A stretch of 64,000 bases of DNA from Mobula hypostoma (GCF_963921235.1 NC_086102.1:79112001-79176000), one strand, 5' to 3'; shown: positions 37,857 to 50,056, numbered from the stretch's first letter. The notes: generated from the sequence alone by a model not told the origin. Numbers and translations: made by a program.

Positions 37857-38167
37857 AGTTTTGAAGGGATGATAGTATTGATTGCCAAGCTGTAGTCAAT
37901 AAAGAGCATTTTGGTATATGTATCTTTGCCTCCAGATGTTCCAGTGTTGAGTGAAGAGCCAATGAAATGGCATCTGCTGATGACCTGTTGTGCTGGTAGG
38001 AGCAGATCCAAATCACAAGTTGGAGTAGTTGATTGAAGGCAATATTTCTGCCCATAGCAAAAGTGTTAGCATTTCCAAGGGAGGGAAGGGTGAAAAAAAT
38101 TTTGACTTTGTAAATGAGGTAGATTGTTAATTGCAATTTGAAAATTTGCCTTTTCCCTCTTTTGTAG

Positions 38168-38272
38168 ATTGCTCCTTTTCCTGCTAAGGCAGACATCAAT
38201 AACCTGTCTACCAAACCACAAGAGAAGATCCAGCAGCCGAATTTTGCAGATTTCAGCAAGTTCAGTGAGCAG
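38168..38272 (+). CDS. REPS2: REPS2 exon (phase 0 to 0): IAPFPAKADINNLSTKPQEKIQQPNFADFSKFSEQ
   Basis: Strong pyrimidine tract with tttgtag acceptor and CAG|gtaaac donor; 105 nt; PNFADFS motif of the REPS family. Confidence 0.88.
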
Positions 38273-40420
38273 GTAAACCAATTAAATCTGCTAAATTACA
38301 ATTACTTCTGGAGGTGTATAATCCATCTCAGGACAATGAAAAGGGAGGGGGAGAGTTAATGACAGAAGAGTGGGATATTAATGTAATGTTAGCCTGATGC
38401 TGCCAAGTAAAAACTGAAATAATATTCTTCTGCTCAATGACTTCAGAAGTTTAAGATAGGTGCAGAAGATTTGAGTAGTTCAATACTTTTTGGTGGCGCT
38501 CAGGGCGATTAGAGTAAAATATTAAATTAAGGTTCCATCTGCTGTCATTGGTGGACATTAGAGAATTCTTTGCATCATTTATAGCAAAACAGGCTTTCCT
38601 TTTGTTGCTCTACCCAACAGCTATTCTGCAACCAATGTTATCAGATCAGTTTATCTGATACCACAGTGACATCACTATAAATGCCATGATGTATTTTAGC
38701 TGAGGATAGGAAAAACAGCACAAAAAGACAGAAAAATTATACATTTCTTCCTTTCCAGCTGGACGGGAAGAAGTTCAGATTTTCTTGTAGCTCTTTGGAG
38801 GGAATTCAGTCGCATAGTAAATCAGTCTCAAATTTCAATGACTTCAGACTAAATAATTTGCTCATGTTACGGAAAATCCTTTAGAGTTAATAATGCAGTA
38901 ATGATTGAATGGGGTTTTCGGAAGTACCAGCATTTTCTCAATGCCACAAGATCAATTGAAGTTAATTCAGTCAAACTGAATTAGTAAATACACTTCACAG
39001 CATATTTGCAAGAGATGCCAATGAAACAGGAAATGTTACAAATACTAGCTATTCAGAGACACAAGAAAAATAAAGTCTTTTAATCAAAGCACTGGAGACA
39101 GCAAAATATAAAGTGAAAGAATAGGCCGGGATAGGGTTGAGGCAGAAGTTGTTGCTGCTGCTCAGGGGAAAGGCCAAGAGCATGAATGTACTGACATGTT
39201 GCATTAAATATGGATCCCAGAACCCAACAAGAACGGTTTTGAGGGAAAAAAAATGAATATCATTAAATTATCTGCATGAGTCTGAAATATGTAGGATGAC
39301 ATTTCAGTTGGAGTTCTGATGAAATTAGGAGCTGGAGATATTTGTGAATGAATTTGACGTATCTATGCCTATTTGAGCAAGTTATGGTAAATATCCAATC
39401 AAAGCAGTGCTGTGTACTTCCAGCAACAACTTCCTTTATTGTACCTTTCCAACGTCTATCATTTTGTTTCAAAGAATCGGTAAGTACCTTGGTAACATTT
39501 TTCCATCCTCTTCTGCCTTCCCCATTGCACTTCCACATGACAGTCTTCACTGAGGGTCTTCTACCGATGTCACTCTTAAACCAGTCATACGGAGGTGCAT
39601 GTGTTATTTTAGGATTGCTGCCCTAATCTACATCATGTAGGTAGGTTGAATGACTACTTGGCCCATCCATGCATGAACCAGCCTGTATCCCAGGACCCCA
39701 AAATTGCAGTGCATTATTTGGCAGAGTAATTAATTTTTTTGCACTCTTAAGTAAATTATCATATAGCGTGTGCTGATTTCCAGCTTTCTTCTACTTGTTC
39801 TGCCTCCAACAATGTCTCATTTTTAAATTTCTCACCTTGTTTTCAGATCCCTCCATGGCTTCGTCCTGACCTATCCCTCTGACAGCTCAATATTCCTCAT
39901 CAATTTCTACACCAATTTCTGCAACTTGACTGTCCATCTATTGTTTTAATAGCTCCACTATTGACATCAGTTTCATATGCCTTGTTTCAGTCTTTGTATT
40001 CCTTCCCTGAACATCTCTCTCTCTTCCCTTAAGGCTCTCTTTAAACCTACCCCTTTGACCTAGCTTTTTGTCATTGTTTTAAAATATTTTAGAACATGGA
40101 ATGTAGAACCTTCAGCAAAGTACAGGCCCTTCAGCCTGCGATATTGTGCTGACCTTGTGACATATGTTTGATAACCACACCAGTGAAGGTGTCAGAACTG
40201 AACTGAACTAATGTGACCCTGAATACTTGCTCTGAACAGAATCAGAATCAGGTTTAATATCACCGGCATATGTCATGAGATTTGGTAACTTCCAATGGTT
40301 TCAACGTCCATTCAGAAATCGGATGGCACAGGAGAAGAAGCCGTTCCTGAATCGTTGAGTGTGTGCCTTCATACACTATGCAGTCTATTCACTGTGCACT
40401 ATACACTATATACGCTACAC

Positions 40421-40570
40421 CAGTGGTCCCCAACCTCAGGGCCGCGAAGCATGCAGGGGTGCAGCGGTAGCCGGAACGCACCCAGCACATCTTTAAGAAA
40501 AAAGCCGAAATAAACAAACTAATTAATTAGGTGCCGCCCAGCACGTAAATGTCAGCCCAGATCAGAGGCG
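40421..40570. mobile_element. hAT-like transposon terminal fragment
   Basis: Begins CAGTGGTCCCCAACC, typical of a hAT/Charlie TIR; no partner TIR found. Confidence 0.4.
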
Positions 40571-41599
40571 ATTAAAGATCAGCCATATTCTTGGTGAATA
40601 GAGCAGCAGGCATGAGGGATAGAATGCTCTGTGGCCTCTGTACCTTCGGTTGCTCCATAGGTGCTCTGAGCCACTTCTGAATACTGCTCACTACCTTTTA
40701 CATTCATTTCTTTGGGAGCTGAGAGCTATAGACAAGGCTGGCAGTTCCTAGCCATGGTTAGCTGCAGAATGGCATTATCTTTCCAATTATTAAAGTGTGC
40801 AACTTGTAGGAGAATGTGCAGATGGTGCTGGTGTCAGAGTTTGAGAAAGCCAAACAAACAATTTGTCAAATTTCTCATAATAGGCAGCACCAGATTTAAT
40901 GCAACATTAAAATGGAAGCAGGACAGCAGCAGAAGAATGACAACTTCCAGCTCTCTCTATTCATTATTCAATTTGAATAATAAATGGTTCTTCCTGCACA
41001 AATCCAAGCAGGATGCTCTGGCTGGCTCTTCAACTACAAGGGCATCATAAGCCCTGATTCTTGCTCTCATGTTGCATTGGGTGATTTTTTTTTAAGAAAA
41101 CTGGATCACCTGAGTAGCTTTACATTTCCCTTCCAGTAACGATAATTGCTGCCTTAACTCAAATCAAACAGAGGCTGAGTGTTTCTGCTCTGCTTTAACA
41201 GTTCATTGTTTTCCACTTGATAATTCTCCTTTGTTTTAAGGGGATGAAATCTGAGGCTTAGATCTGGAACCAGTCCACTTAATTTGGCATTATAATGGAC
41301 AATACCAATCCCTGCTAATGCTGAGAGGCTCTCAACATTCAGTAAACATTATGAAGCAAGGCAGCATTTCTTCGATAGAGTCTTAGCAATGTACATCCGA
41401 GCACCCAACTCTGGCCCACCGTGTTTGTGCTGATCTTTTTGACCATCTACACTAATCCCATTTTCCCACATTAGGACCATGTCAATCTATGTTGTACCTG
41501 CATAAATAATTGCGTCTGATTTCACCACCTCCTGCGACAACCCCACTCTGTATAAAATAAATTACCATAAATTTCAAAGTAAATTTATTATCAAAGTAC

Positions 41600-42230
41600 A
41601 GAGAGATCTTGGGGACCAAGTTTGTAACTCTATGGAAGTGGCTACACAGGTCGATAAGGTGATTAAGAAGGCTTATGAAATGCTTTCTTTCATTAGTCAA
41701 GGCATAGAGTTCAAAAGTCAGGAGGTTGTGTTGCAACTCTAGTTAGGCCGTATCTGGAGTGTTGTGTGCAGTTCTGATTGTTCCACTATAGGAAGGATGT
41801 TGAAGCTTTAGGGAGAGTGCAGAACAGGTATACCAGGATTCTGCCTGGTTTAGAGGGCATGTGCTGTCATGGACATTGGGGCAAACTTGGGTTGGTGTGT
41901 TTGGAGTGTTAAAAGCTGGGGAGAGATCTGATAGGGGTTTATAACATTATGACAGGCATAGATAGAGTAGACTGGGAGTTTCTTCTTCCCAGGGTTGAAA
42001 TGTCTAATACCTGAGGGCTTGCATTGAAGGTGAGGGGGTAGGGATTCAAGGATTCAAGGCAGATGTGAGGGGTAAGTTTTTACTCAGAAAGTAGTGGATG
42101 CCTGGAATGTGCTGCCTGTTATGGTGGTAGAGGCAAATACATTAGAGGCTTTTAAGAGATAGGCACATGAATATGAGGAAGATGGAGGGATATGGACATT
42201 CTGTAGGCAGGAGGGATTAGTTTTCTGGGG
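41600..42230 (+). mobile_element. CR1 LINE 3' fragment
   Basis: Similar to 31320-32050 (ctagttaggccg..ctggag, aggaaggatgttgaagc, cccagggttgaaatg). Confidence 0.8.
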
Positions 42231-43253
42231 GGGTTTGATTTACTTTTTAAACTGAATGCTACAAACTCGCTATATAAAACCAATTTCACATTTACTACTG
42301 ATTTACTTTGATCAGCAGAAGCATATTCTTCATATTTGCACATCCCAGGTTAACATCATGGGCGCACATTCCTTCAGCAGCATATACACACTCCTAACTG
42401 TTTGTTTTAGGATGTAGGAACAATGTTAAAGTAGAAAGGTGACACACAAATCTCAATCTTCTGCAATTAATAGTAAACATGGTTGGGTTGGGTTATTCTC
42501 CGGTCTTGGCAATTTACTTGCACATGTTCCATCACCATACAAGGAGACATCATCAGTGCACTGTTAATTGTGGTGTGTCCACCGAATGCTTGCTGTTTGT
42601 ATACTTACCAACCAGCTGATTGGTCATCATTACGGAAACCCAATTGTGATGTGGGGAGGAAATCTCGCTGCTGATTGGCTGCGTGGTGAACTTCGTACAT
42701 TTTGGTCTGGAATTTCGCCCGCATCGGATCATAAATGGTGAACAGATTCTAAATGCAAAAATTAACTTTACATTGTTTTAGATTTGGAAAAAGATTGTAA
42801 CTATCTGCCTTAATTAGTCCTCCAATAATCTTGCAAACGTCTATCAGATCATCCTTCAGTATCTTTTGTTCCAGTAAAAATAAACCCAACATATTCAATC
42901 TCCCTCCATTGCTAAACTCCACTTATCTAGGCAATAATATGAATGTTTCGTTAGTTAATGTGGTGGTGACAAATGGGAACATTAGCTTTGATTTTGCTCA
43001 CAACCTGATCTTTGAACGAAGATGAAGGGACTCAAAACAGACATAAAGAGACTTCAAGTGAAAACTCAATGTGTGAAGTAGTGTCACTTTTGCTTTAAGA
43101 TTTGTTTTATTAAGGAAGATCTGGTCTAAAAAATACTTAATCCCTCTTTCACCAGGGCAAACAATGTACTATAGAGTTTTTTTTTTGCATTTAGAACTTG
43201 TTTAGTTTTAATTGCAGAAGAATGAGATTTATATGTCACCTTCCTACTTTAAC

Positions 43254-43655
43254 CCTCCAGGAGGACCACAATGTGTGCCTCAATGACCCGGAGAGCCATG
43301 GTGGCTGGAGTCAGGGATTATGCTTTGGCTCTTGGTAGGGTCACCCATGCCAACCAGGTCAAAGGATAGAGGCCAGATGAAGAGTGGTCCATCAGTCCTC
43401 CAAGTTTGGGGAGGTTCAGCTTGGGGCTACAACCCTAACTGGTTAAACAAACCTGTTATGGAAACAGTAATGAAGAATCCTTCTGCAACTGAGTGTGACA
43501 GTATCCCTGAGTCTCCACCCAGAATTGCATGGCTGACAGTAGTGAAAACCGAGAGGAAGCTACTAGCACTGTGAAGGAAGCCCTGAACACCTCCAGAGAT
43601 GGAGGAACCTCTTTGCTGCCCTAAATTCCAGTGGTGTAATGGGCAGTAGGTTTGC
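43254..43655 (+). mobile_element. RTE-derived non-autonomous retroelement (5' UTR fused to 3' end) with 12-bp TSD
   Basis: TSD tcctactt(t/c)aac at 43242-43253 and 43656-43667; RTE-like 5' motifs (ggtagggtcacccatgc..caggtcaaagg; cctcca..ggttcagc..ggggctacaaccc) and 3' motif tggagg..ttgctgcccta..gggcagta. Confidence 0.6.
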
Positions 43656-45404
43656 TCCTACTTCAACATTGATCCTAAAAAGCAAAGGTCATGAGTGATT
43701 TATGTGTGATGATACTGAAGGAATGAGAGTTTGTGCTGTTAAACTGGGAAGTGACAACATGAAGAATGTGATTCTGCGGATTAAATTAAAGCAGTAAATT
43801 AAATGTGAAAAGGAACATATCAAGTTTGTATCATCGGTTTCTGGTGTTTTTTTAAGTTGCCATGAATATGAATATTGTCCAAAAAACTATTTCTGTACCA
43901 ATTTAATTTAATCAGTCTGAACTACAAGAATGGATACATGAAGGTGCTGTAGCTGTGTTACCTGGACAGAAATCCAGAGGCCTGTATTTTAAACCAAAGA
44001 TTAAAGTTCATATCTGACCATACAACTGTGGAATTTTCTTCATTGATAATCTAGAATTTGGATAAATAGCAACAATTAGTTATTATAATGATTTGCCATA
44101 TAAACCTCCAGATGGCTGTAAAAATACATCTGGTTCAGTAATATCCTTCAGGGGATGAGGTCTGCTGCCCTTCCCCACTGTGGCCCATAGAAGTGCAGAC
44201 ACTTCCTGTATGGTTGACTCTTGAAATGCCGAGGAAGCTATGAGTTGCCTCCATCACATAGAGATTAGAATGCATGCTGCCCTTGCCTGTAATACATAGA
44301 TCCCAACAAGTTAACACTTGGAATGAAGAAAAATAATTAATAAAAATAACCACATCATGTCACCTGCAGAAACAACATCAGAAAGAAAAGGATCTGGTCC
44401 AGCCTTAAATGTAATGACATTAAGGACAGTTAAATAAGGCCATCAGTGTTATAAACCATGTTCCATCAATATCCTAAGTTTTCATTCAGAGACAGGGATG
44501 TGTGGAAATACCTGATTTGGAGTGATATATTGATCAATTAGATCCAAATCAACAATGTGAATAAACCAGCTCTTTAGTCAATTGAGCAGCCACATCAGCT
44601 GACCTGAGAGAAGATAGGTGTCTTGCTTTGAAGAATAGAAATGAGTTTGATGATAGTTCAGGGTACTTAACAGGGCAGAATTAATGATAGTGTATTTGTA
44701 GAAGTGATTTGCCATGTCAAGTTTTACCACCAGGTGGTGTACTTAGAATCAAGAAAATTCAAAGACAAATGTGATTTTAAGTAGAATTCATAGAATTAAA
44801 CGTGCATAGAACAAGGTAATTCAACCCATTGAGTCCATGCCTACTACTAATAAAGCTATCTGATTCCCCAAACATTTTCACGTATCACTGCAATTTATTG
44901 TCTCTCAAGTGCCTATCTTATATCATCACCAAGATTTGAAGAGTAATCTGAGGTTGCAAAATTGTCTTACTTTTTCCAAGATGGTGCTCTGTCTAAAGAT
45001 AATTCAGTCCCTTTCCTGTACATCCATGAAACCGACTGAGCAAACGGTGTAAGGGAATCTTTGCATTTGGATTGTGTTGGTTTAGATTACTGTTTATTTG
45101 CTCTGTATGTTAATAGTCTGGAGGAGGGAACAGGATGTAAGGTATCCAGGTTTGTTGATGACATGAAAGCAGGTGGGAGGAGATGATGTCAGGAGCATAT
45201 TTGGACTCTGCAATAGATTGAGAGAGTGGGTGAAAACTTGGCAAATGGAGTTTAATGTAGGAGAGTGCGAGATCATGCACTATGGTAGAAAGACTCAAAA
45301 GATATTGTTGGATTAGAAAAGCACAGAAACCAGGGATAGATCTACTTATAATACAACTACTATATAGATATCCACAGCATAAAAATTTTTAAATTGTCCC
45401 ATTC

Positions 45405-46122
45405 AGACTTAAAGAATCGCCGTGGAGGATTTCTTACGCTTGTTGGATAACATCCTTCCTGACCCGGGGGCGGGGGCGGGGGGGGGGGTCACTCTGCTTA
45501 GCAGGTGAGACTTGTGGTTGTGAAACACTCTCAGGTTCTGGGGCCTCCCCCGTGGTGGTTGTAGGAGTTGGTCCTCGGACTGCAGGAAGTGGTTGACGGG
45601 TCTGGACACCGATCTTCTTGACGTGTTGACATCCCGAACAGTACAAGGCAAGCTGCTCGATCTGCTGATATATCCCAGGCCACCAGACAAACCTTTGAGC
45701 CAATGCTTCCATTTTGACCATGCCTAGATGACCAGCTTGTAGTTCCTCCAACACTTTAGCTCTCAGCTTGGATGGTACGACTCTCAATCCCACATAAGAA
45801 TTCATCCCAGTGCTGGTAAAATTTGGGGAACTGGGAATTCTGCTGCTCACTCCGGTCATTTTGGTCGACCATGTAAAACTGAGACAGTATAGGGTCTTTT
45901 CTGGTTTCCCTTTGGATAATCTCTGCCGTTAAAGGGAGACTTTTAATTTGCATTAGGGAGAATACGTCATGAGGAAATTTTTGTAAATTTTTCACGTAGT
46001 TCCTTTTTCAAGGGTAAACAGAACAATCCATCAGCATTTCCATGATTAGTCATCTCCTGAATTTGATCTTGTAATTGTGTCCTCCAAGAAACAGAGCCCT
46101 TCTCTCCATTTGTGCTGCTGCA
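45405..46122 (-). mobile_element. Ty3/Gypsy pol remnant (RNase H end, integrase zinc-binding domain, C-terminal tail; catalytic core deleted)
   Basis: VVPSKLRAKVLEELQAGHLGMVKMEALAQRFVWWPGIYQQIEQLALYCSGCQ (H2C2-like); upstream ETRKDPIL and HGNADGL motifs. Confidence 0.85.
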
Positions 46123-46599
46123 GGGAAAATATATTTTCAAGTTCCTTTGTTACTTCTCCATTTGCCTTGCTTGCTGGTACAGGCTGACCCTGTCTGACCT
46201 GTATGTACTACGATGAACACCTTATAAAATGGCTGTAACCGTAAGATTTCTACCTCATTCTTGATTTCTGGATAATATGATCTTCAGATCTAACAACATA
46301 CTAACATCTAAATTGTAACAATATTTTCCCATTTCTAATAAATCGCTAATGAATGAAGTACGGGTGTCTGGAGCATGTATCACGAGAAAAACTATCAGGC
46401 ACATACACCAAGTATCTAAGAAGGCAAATGGAATACTGGCCTTTATTGTAAAGAAGTTAGGATGCAGGAATGGGAAAGTATTGTTACAATTACACTGGAT
46501 GTTGATGAGGCGCAGTTTTGATCCCCTTATTTAAGAAAATATACACTGGTGTAGGAGGTGATCTGAAGGATTTTAGCTGTAGACTTAGAGACTTATAGC

Positions 46600-46820
46600 A
46601 TAGTAACAGACACTTCCAGCCCTACATGTCCACGCCACCCATGTGGCCAATTAACTTACTTGCCCATACATTTTTGGAATGTGGAAGGAAAGCGGAGCAC
46701 CCAGAGAAAACACATGAGGTCACAGGGAGAACGTACAAATTCCTTACAGACAGCAGCAGAATTGAACCTCAGTTGCTGGCACCGTAATAACATTACGTTA
46801 ATTGCTACACTATACTGCCA
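46600..46820 (-). mobile_element. V-SINE/HE1-like SINE fragment (related copies at ~47260-47500 and ~53500-53760)
   Basis: ttggaatgtggaaggaaagcggagcacccagagaaaac..cacagggagaacgtacaaa is the reverse complement of the V-SINE central domain. Confidence 0.65.
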
Positions 46821-48220
46821 CTCCCAGAGATTCACTAGTCTAATTCCTAGGGCACGAGGATTGCCCTGTCAGAGCCGGTTAATGAAGCCAAATTGGAACC
46901 GTATTCGACAGTTTAGAAATATATAAGATCCAAAGGGGCCATGACAGCATGGATGTTGAGGTGTAGCCACCCGCCGAGCCTCAGACATAATCACAGGATG
47001 AGGAGGAGGTCATTTAAAACTAAGCTGCAGAGGATACTGAATCTCTGAAATTCTGCACCCAGGAAGTTAGAGGAGGCTAGATCATTGAAAATATTTAAGG
47101 AGCAGGTAGATAAATGTTTGAAAAATCAGGGATTGAGGAGTATGTCGATCTGCCACAAAGTAGAGGTTGAGCCCTGAGACTGATCAGTAATGATCATATG
47201 GAATGACCCTTCTCCTGTTTTCTTGTGTTTATTTATTTATTCATTCATTCATTTATTGAGATACAGCGCAGAATAGGAACTCCCAGCGCTTCGAGCAACA
47301 CCACCCACCAATTCCCCCAATTTATTCCTAGCCTAATCAGGGGCCAATTTGCGATGACCAATTAATCTCCCAACTGATACATCTTTGGGCTGTGGGAGGA
47401 AACCAGAGTACCTGGAGAGAACCCACGCAATTGAACCTGGGTTATCTGTACTGCAAAACATTGTGCTAACTGTGCCACTGTGGTGCTAACCACTACACTA
47501 CCGTGTTCTTGTGCAGGAGAGGACAACTTGTGCATTACTTTCCTGCATTAGCATTGTCCCTACATCCTAAAACAAATCCAGGAATCTGTGTGTACAATGC
47601 TACCAATGGAATGAGAATTCTTTGGTTTATTCTTGAAAACCTTGATTAATTAAATTTTCATTTAACTAGAGGGAAAAAACGTTTTCTTTCACACGTATGT
47701 TCTTTAAGCTTTTTTTTTATTCAATGGACCTCTTATGAACCATCCACCAATGGGAATGGTTCTCCCTTACCTGCCTTGTCGAAACCCATCACAATGTCCT
47801 ACACCTTTATCAAATTTCCTCTCAAACTTTTTGCTGCAAGGGAAGCCACCCTGAAATCTCTACACTAATCTAGTAGTTTAAATCCCTGGGGACAAGCTAT
47901 TAATATTATTAATAGCTTGTTATGTTATTTATTGAAACATGACTGCTGTATTAACTACAGGGAGGAAGTTGAAGGAAAATGAAACGTGATTCACCACTTC
48001 AAAACAAGAAGACTATTACTTAGAAGTGAATAAATCAGTTTTATTTTCTCATGAAGTACCAGCTGTCCGAGAAGAAGACTCTGAAAGATGTGGATTTTAG
48101 CAGTTATGTGGTTTTTATTAGTCATTTGTTACAGAAATGAGTATGGTACTCTGAGTAAAAGCATGTAAGTTTTGCATCACTGAGAAGGGCGATCACTAGA
48201 GGGCCTGTTACTACAAGCAG

Positions 48221-48528
48221 GACCTGTCAAAACATTCTGCAGAGCTTGAGATTGCAAGGACAGTTGCTTGTAGAGTTTAGCATCGGATTTAAAGAGTGAG
48301 TGGGGCCTGTCAGGACTTTCTGGGGATCTTGAGATCATGACTACAGTTACTTGTGGATCTTAGTGCCAGATTTAAAAAGCTAGTTGGGCCTGTCGGGACT
48401 TTCTGCAGAGCTTGGAATCGCTGAGACCATTGCTTGTGGAGTTCAGAACCAGATTTTAAAAACATTCAGGACTGTCAATGGAGCTTGAAATTGAGGGGAC
48501 AGTTTATGGAGTTTAGTGCCAGATTTAG
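48221..48528. repeat. Diverged ~83-bp minisatellite, about 3.7 copies
   Basis: Units begin g(a/g)cctgtc at 48221, 48304, 48387 and ~48469, each with cttg..tt(g/a)cttgt..ccagattt-like motifs. Confidence 0.8.
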
Positions 48529-48569
48529 ATCCTAACTTTCTCCCTGGTCTTTTGGTATTTATATAAAAC

Positions 48570-49265
48570 CACTCGAGTGTTGTGTTCAGTTCTGGTTGCC
48601 TCATGATAGGAAGGATGTGAACGCTTCAGAGAGAGTGCAGACAGGATTTACCATGATACTGCCTGAAATAGAGAACATATCTTATGGGGAAAGATTGAGC
48701 TTGCTAGGGTTTTTTCTCTTTAGAGCGTAGGAGGATGAGAGGTGACTTGACAGAGATGTATAAGATAAGAGGTATTAATAGAGTGGACAGCCAGCACCTT
48801 TTTTCCTCAGACCAGATCAATACAAGAGGGCATACTTTTAAGATGATTGGAGAAAAGTAAAGGTGAGATTAAAGATTAAAGTCTGTCACGAGCTTTGTGG
48901 CCCATCAAGCCGGTGCTTATGCCGGTTTCTGTGGCGTGAAGCGACTGAGAGTACGAGACTCCCTGCCCCCCCCCCCCCGGATAGGACGCCAGTCTATCGC
49001 GAGGTTAACCCCCAGCATTTTTGCCGGTACCCATTCTCAACTGGGTAGACTGGAGCATTGTGTGCTGAAGTGCCTTGCTCGAGGACATACACACTGCCCA
49101 TTCCAAGGCTCGAACCCACGACCTTCAGATCGCTAGTCCAATGTCCTAACCACTTGGCCATGCGCCACACAAAGGGGAGATGCCAGAAGAATTTTTTTTT
49201 ACACAGAGTGGAATACAGTGCCAGGGGTGATGGTAGAGGTAGATGCATTAGGGACATTGAAGAAA
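48570..49265 (+). mobile_element. CR1 3' fragment interrupted by a SINE
   Basis: RKDVNASERVQTGFT-type sequence; gaggtgacttga. Confidence 0.75.
48870..49170 (-). mobile_element. Full-length tRNA-derived CORE-like SINE with 11-bp TSD
   Basis: A-box TGGCCAAGTGG and B-box GGTTCGAGCC; TSD aaagg(t/g)gagat at 48859-48869 and 49171-49181; short ctttaat tandem tail. Confidence 0.85.
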
Positions 49266-50056
49266 TAGTAATGGTGGCCAAGCAGTGTGTCACCTGCCCA
49301 TCCTCTCTGTCCAAGATGTAGGAGAATTAGGAAAGCAAATTAGCTCATCAAAGTCGAGGGCTGAAAAGAAAGAATGCTTTGCTATGAGCCTTGAGGCCAC
49401 CTGGTGTGGATGCCATATATAGGAGTTGTAGGGCTAATATTTCCTTTGGTTACTGGTCTCATCACTAGTCACAGTCCAAAGTCTAGGTTGATACTGAATT
49501 GTAACTTTGACAGAGTGCTGGTCAAGAAATGTCTCGTCATTCAGGTGAGGTGTTAAGCCCACATAGAGGAAATTGGAGAGCAGCAAGAAAGGCAGAGAAC
49601 TGTTCCTGACTGCTGGGCACAAATTCTTCCTGCTAACCCAATCCGTTCAGCACCACCAAAACAGGAACCTGGTCTTTTCATGCTCTTGTATTTTTGCTTG
49701 GTAACTTCATTTTAGTCAGTGAAGTTTTTTTTTATTACCTGTATTCCTGAATAATTTATACTAAAATCTATCTCTTGGGTCATGTGCTTCTTTTGAGTGA
49801 GCATATGTGAGGCATGGTTTTTCATTGTCACATGTGCACTACCATGTGCAAACAGGCTGCATATTTGCCTTAGTAACAGCAGTTCCATCCGGTTGTATGG
49901 GACCGTTGTGGCTGGGAATGGTGCTATTTAAATTCAATTTATTTTCTTCCTTCTCCTGCAAACTTGAAATGTGGTTGCCTTTTTCATGCGGGTCTACTGA
50001 AACAGTTTATTGACTGATGCTTTTCTTCTGCACTGTTTGCTGACTGATCCAGATTA

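Larger units (their letters stand above)
35920..38000 (-). mobile_element. Rex1/Babar LINE interrupted by two Penelope-like insertions
   Basis: KTLTNFYRCVVESILIGCITAWYG, FKFLGVIISED, IFKFADDTTAVG, KMLFIDYS on the minus strand. Confidence 0.85.
45085..47210 (+). mobile_element. CR1 LINE fragments split by Gypsy and SINE insertions
   Basis: SRFVDDMKAGG (degenerate FADD) at ~45145; KKANGILAFI at ~46420. Confidence 0.65.

Noticed and set aside
48221-48528. CRISPR-like array
   Set aside because: Vertebrate context, no unique spacers, no cas genes; it is a diverged tandem repeat.
48895-48935. Hammerhead-like GAAAC...TGATG on the minus strand of the SINE tail
   Set aside because: Core reads CTTGATGG rather than CTGANGA and no NUH/stem arrangement fits.
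49095-49170. tRNA gene (also at ~16925-16996)
   Set aside because: The A and B boxes run directly into SINE body and tail; these are SINE heads.
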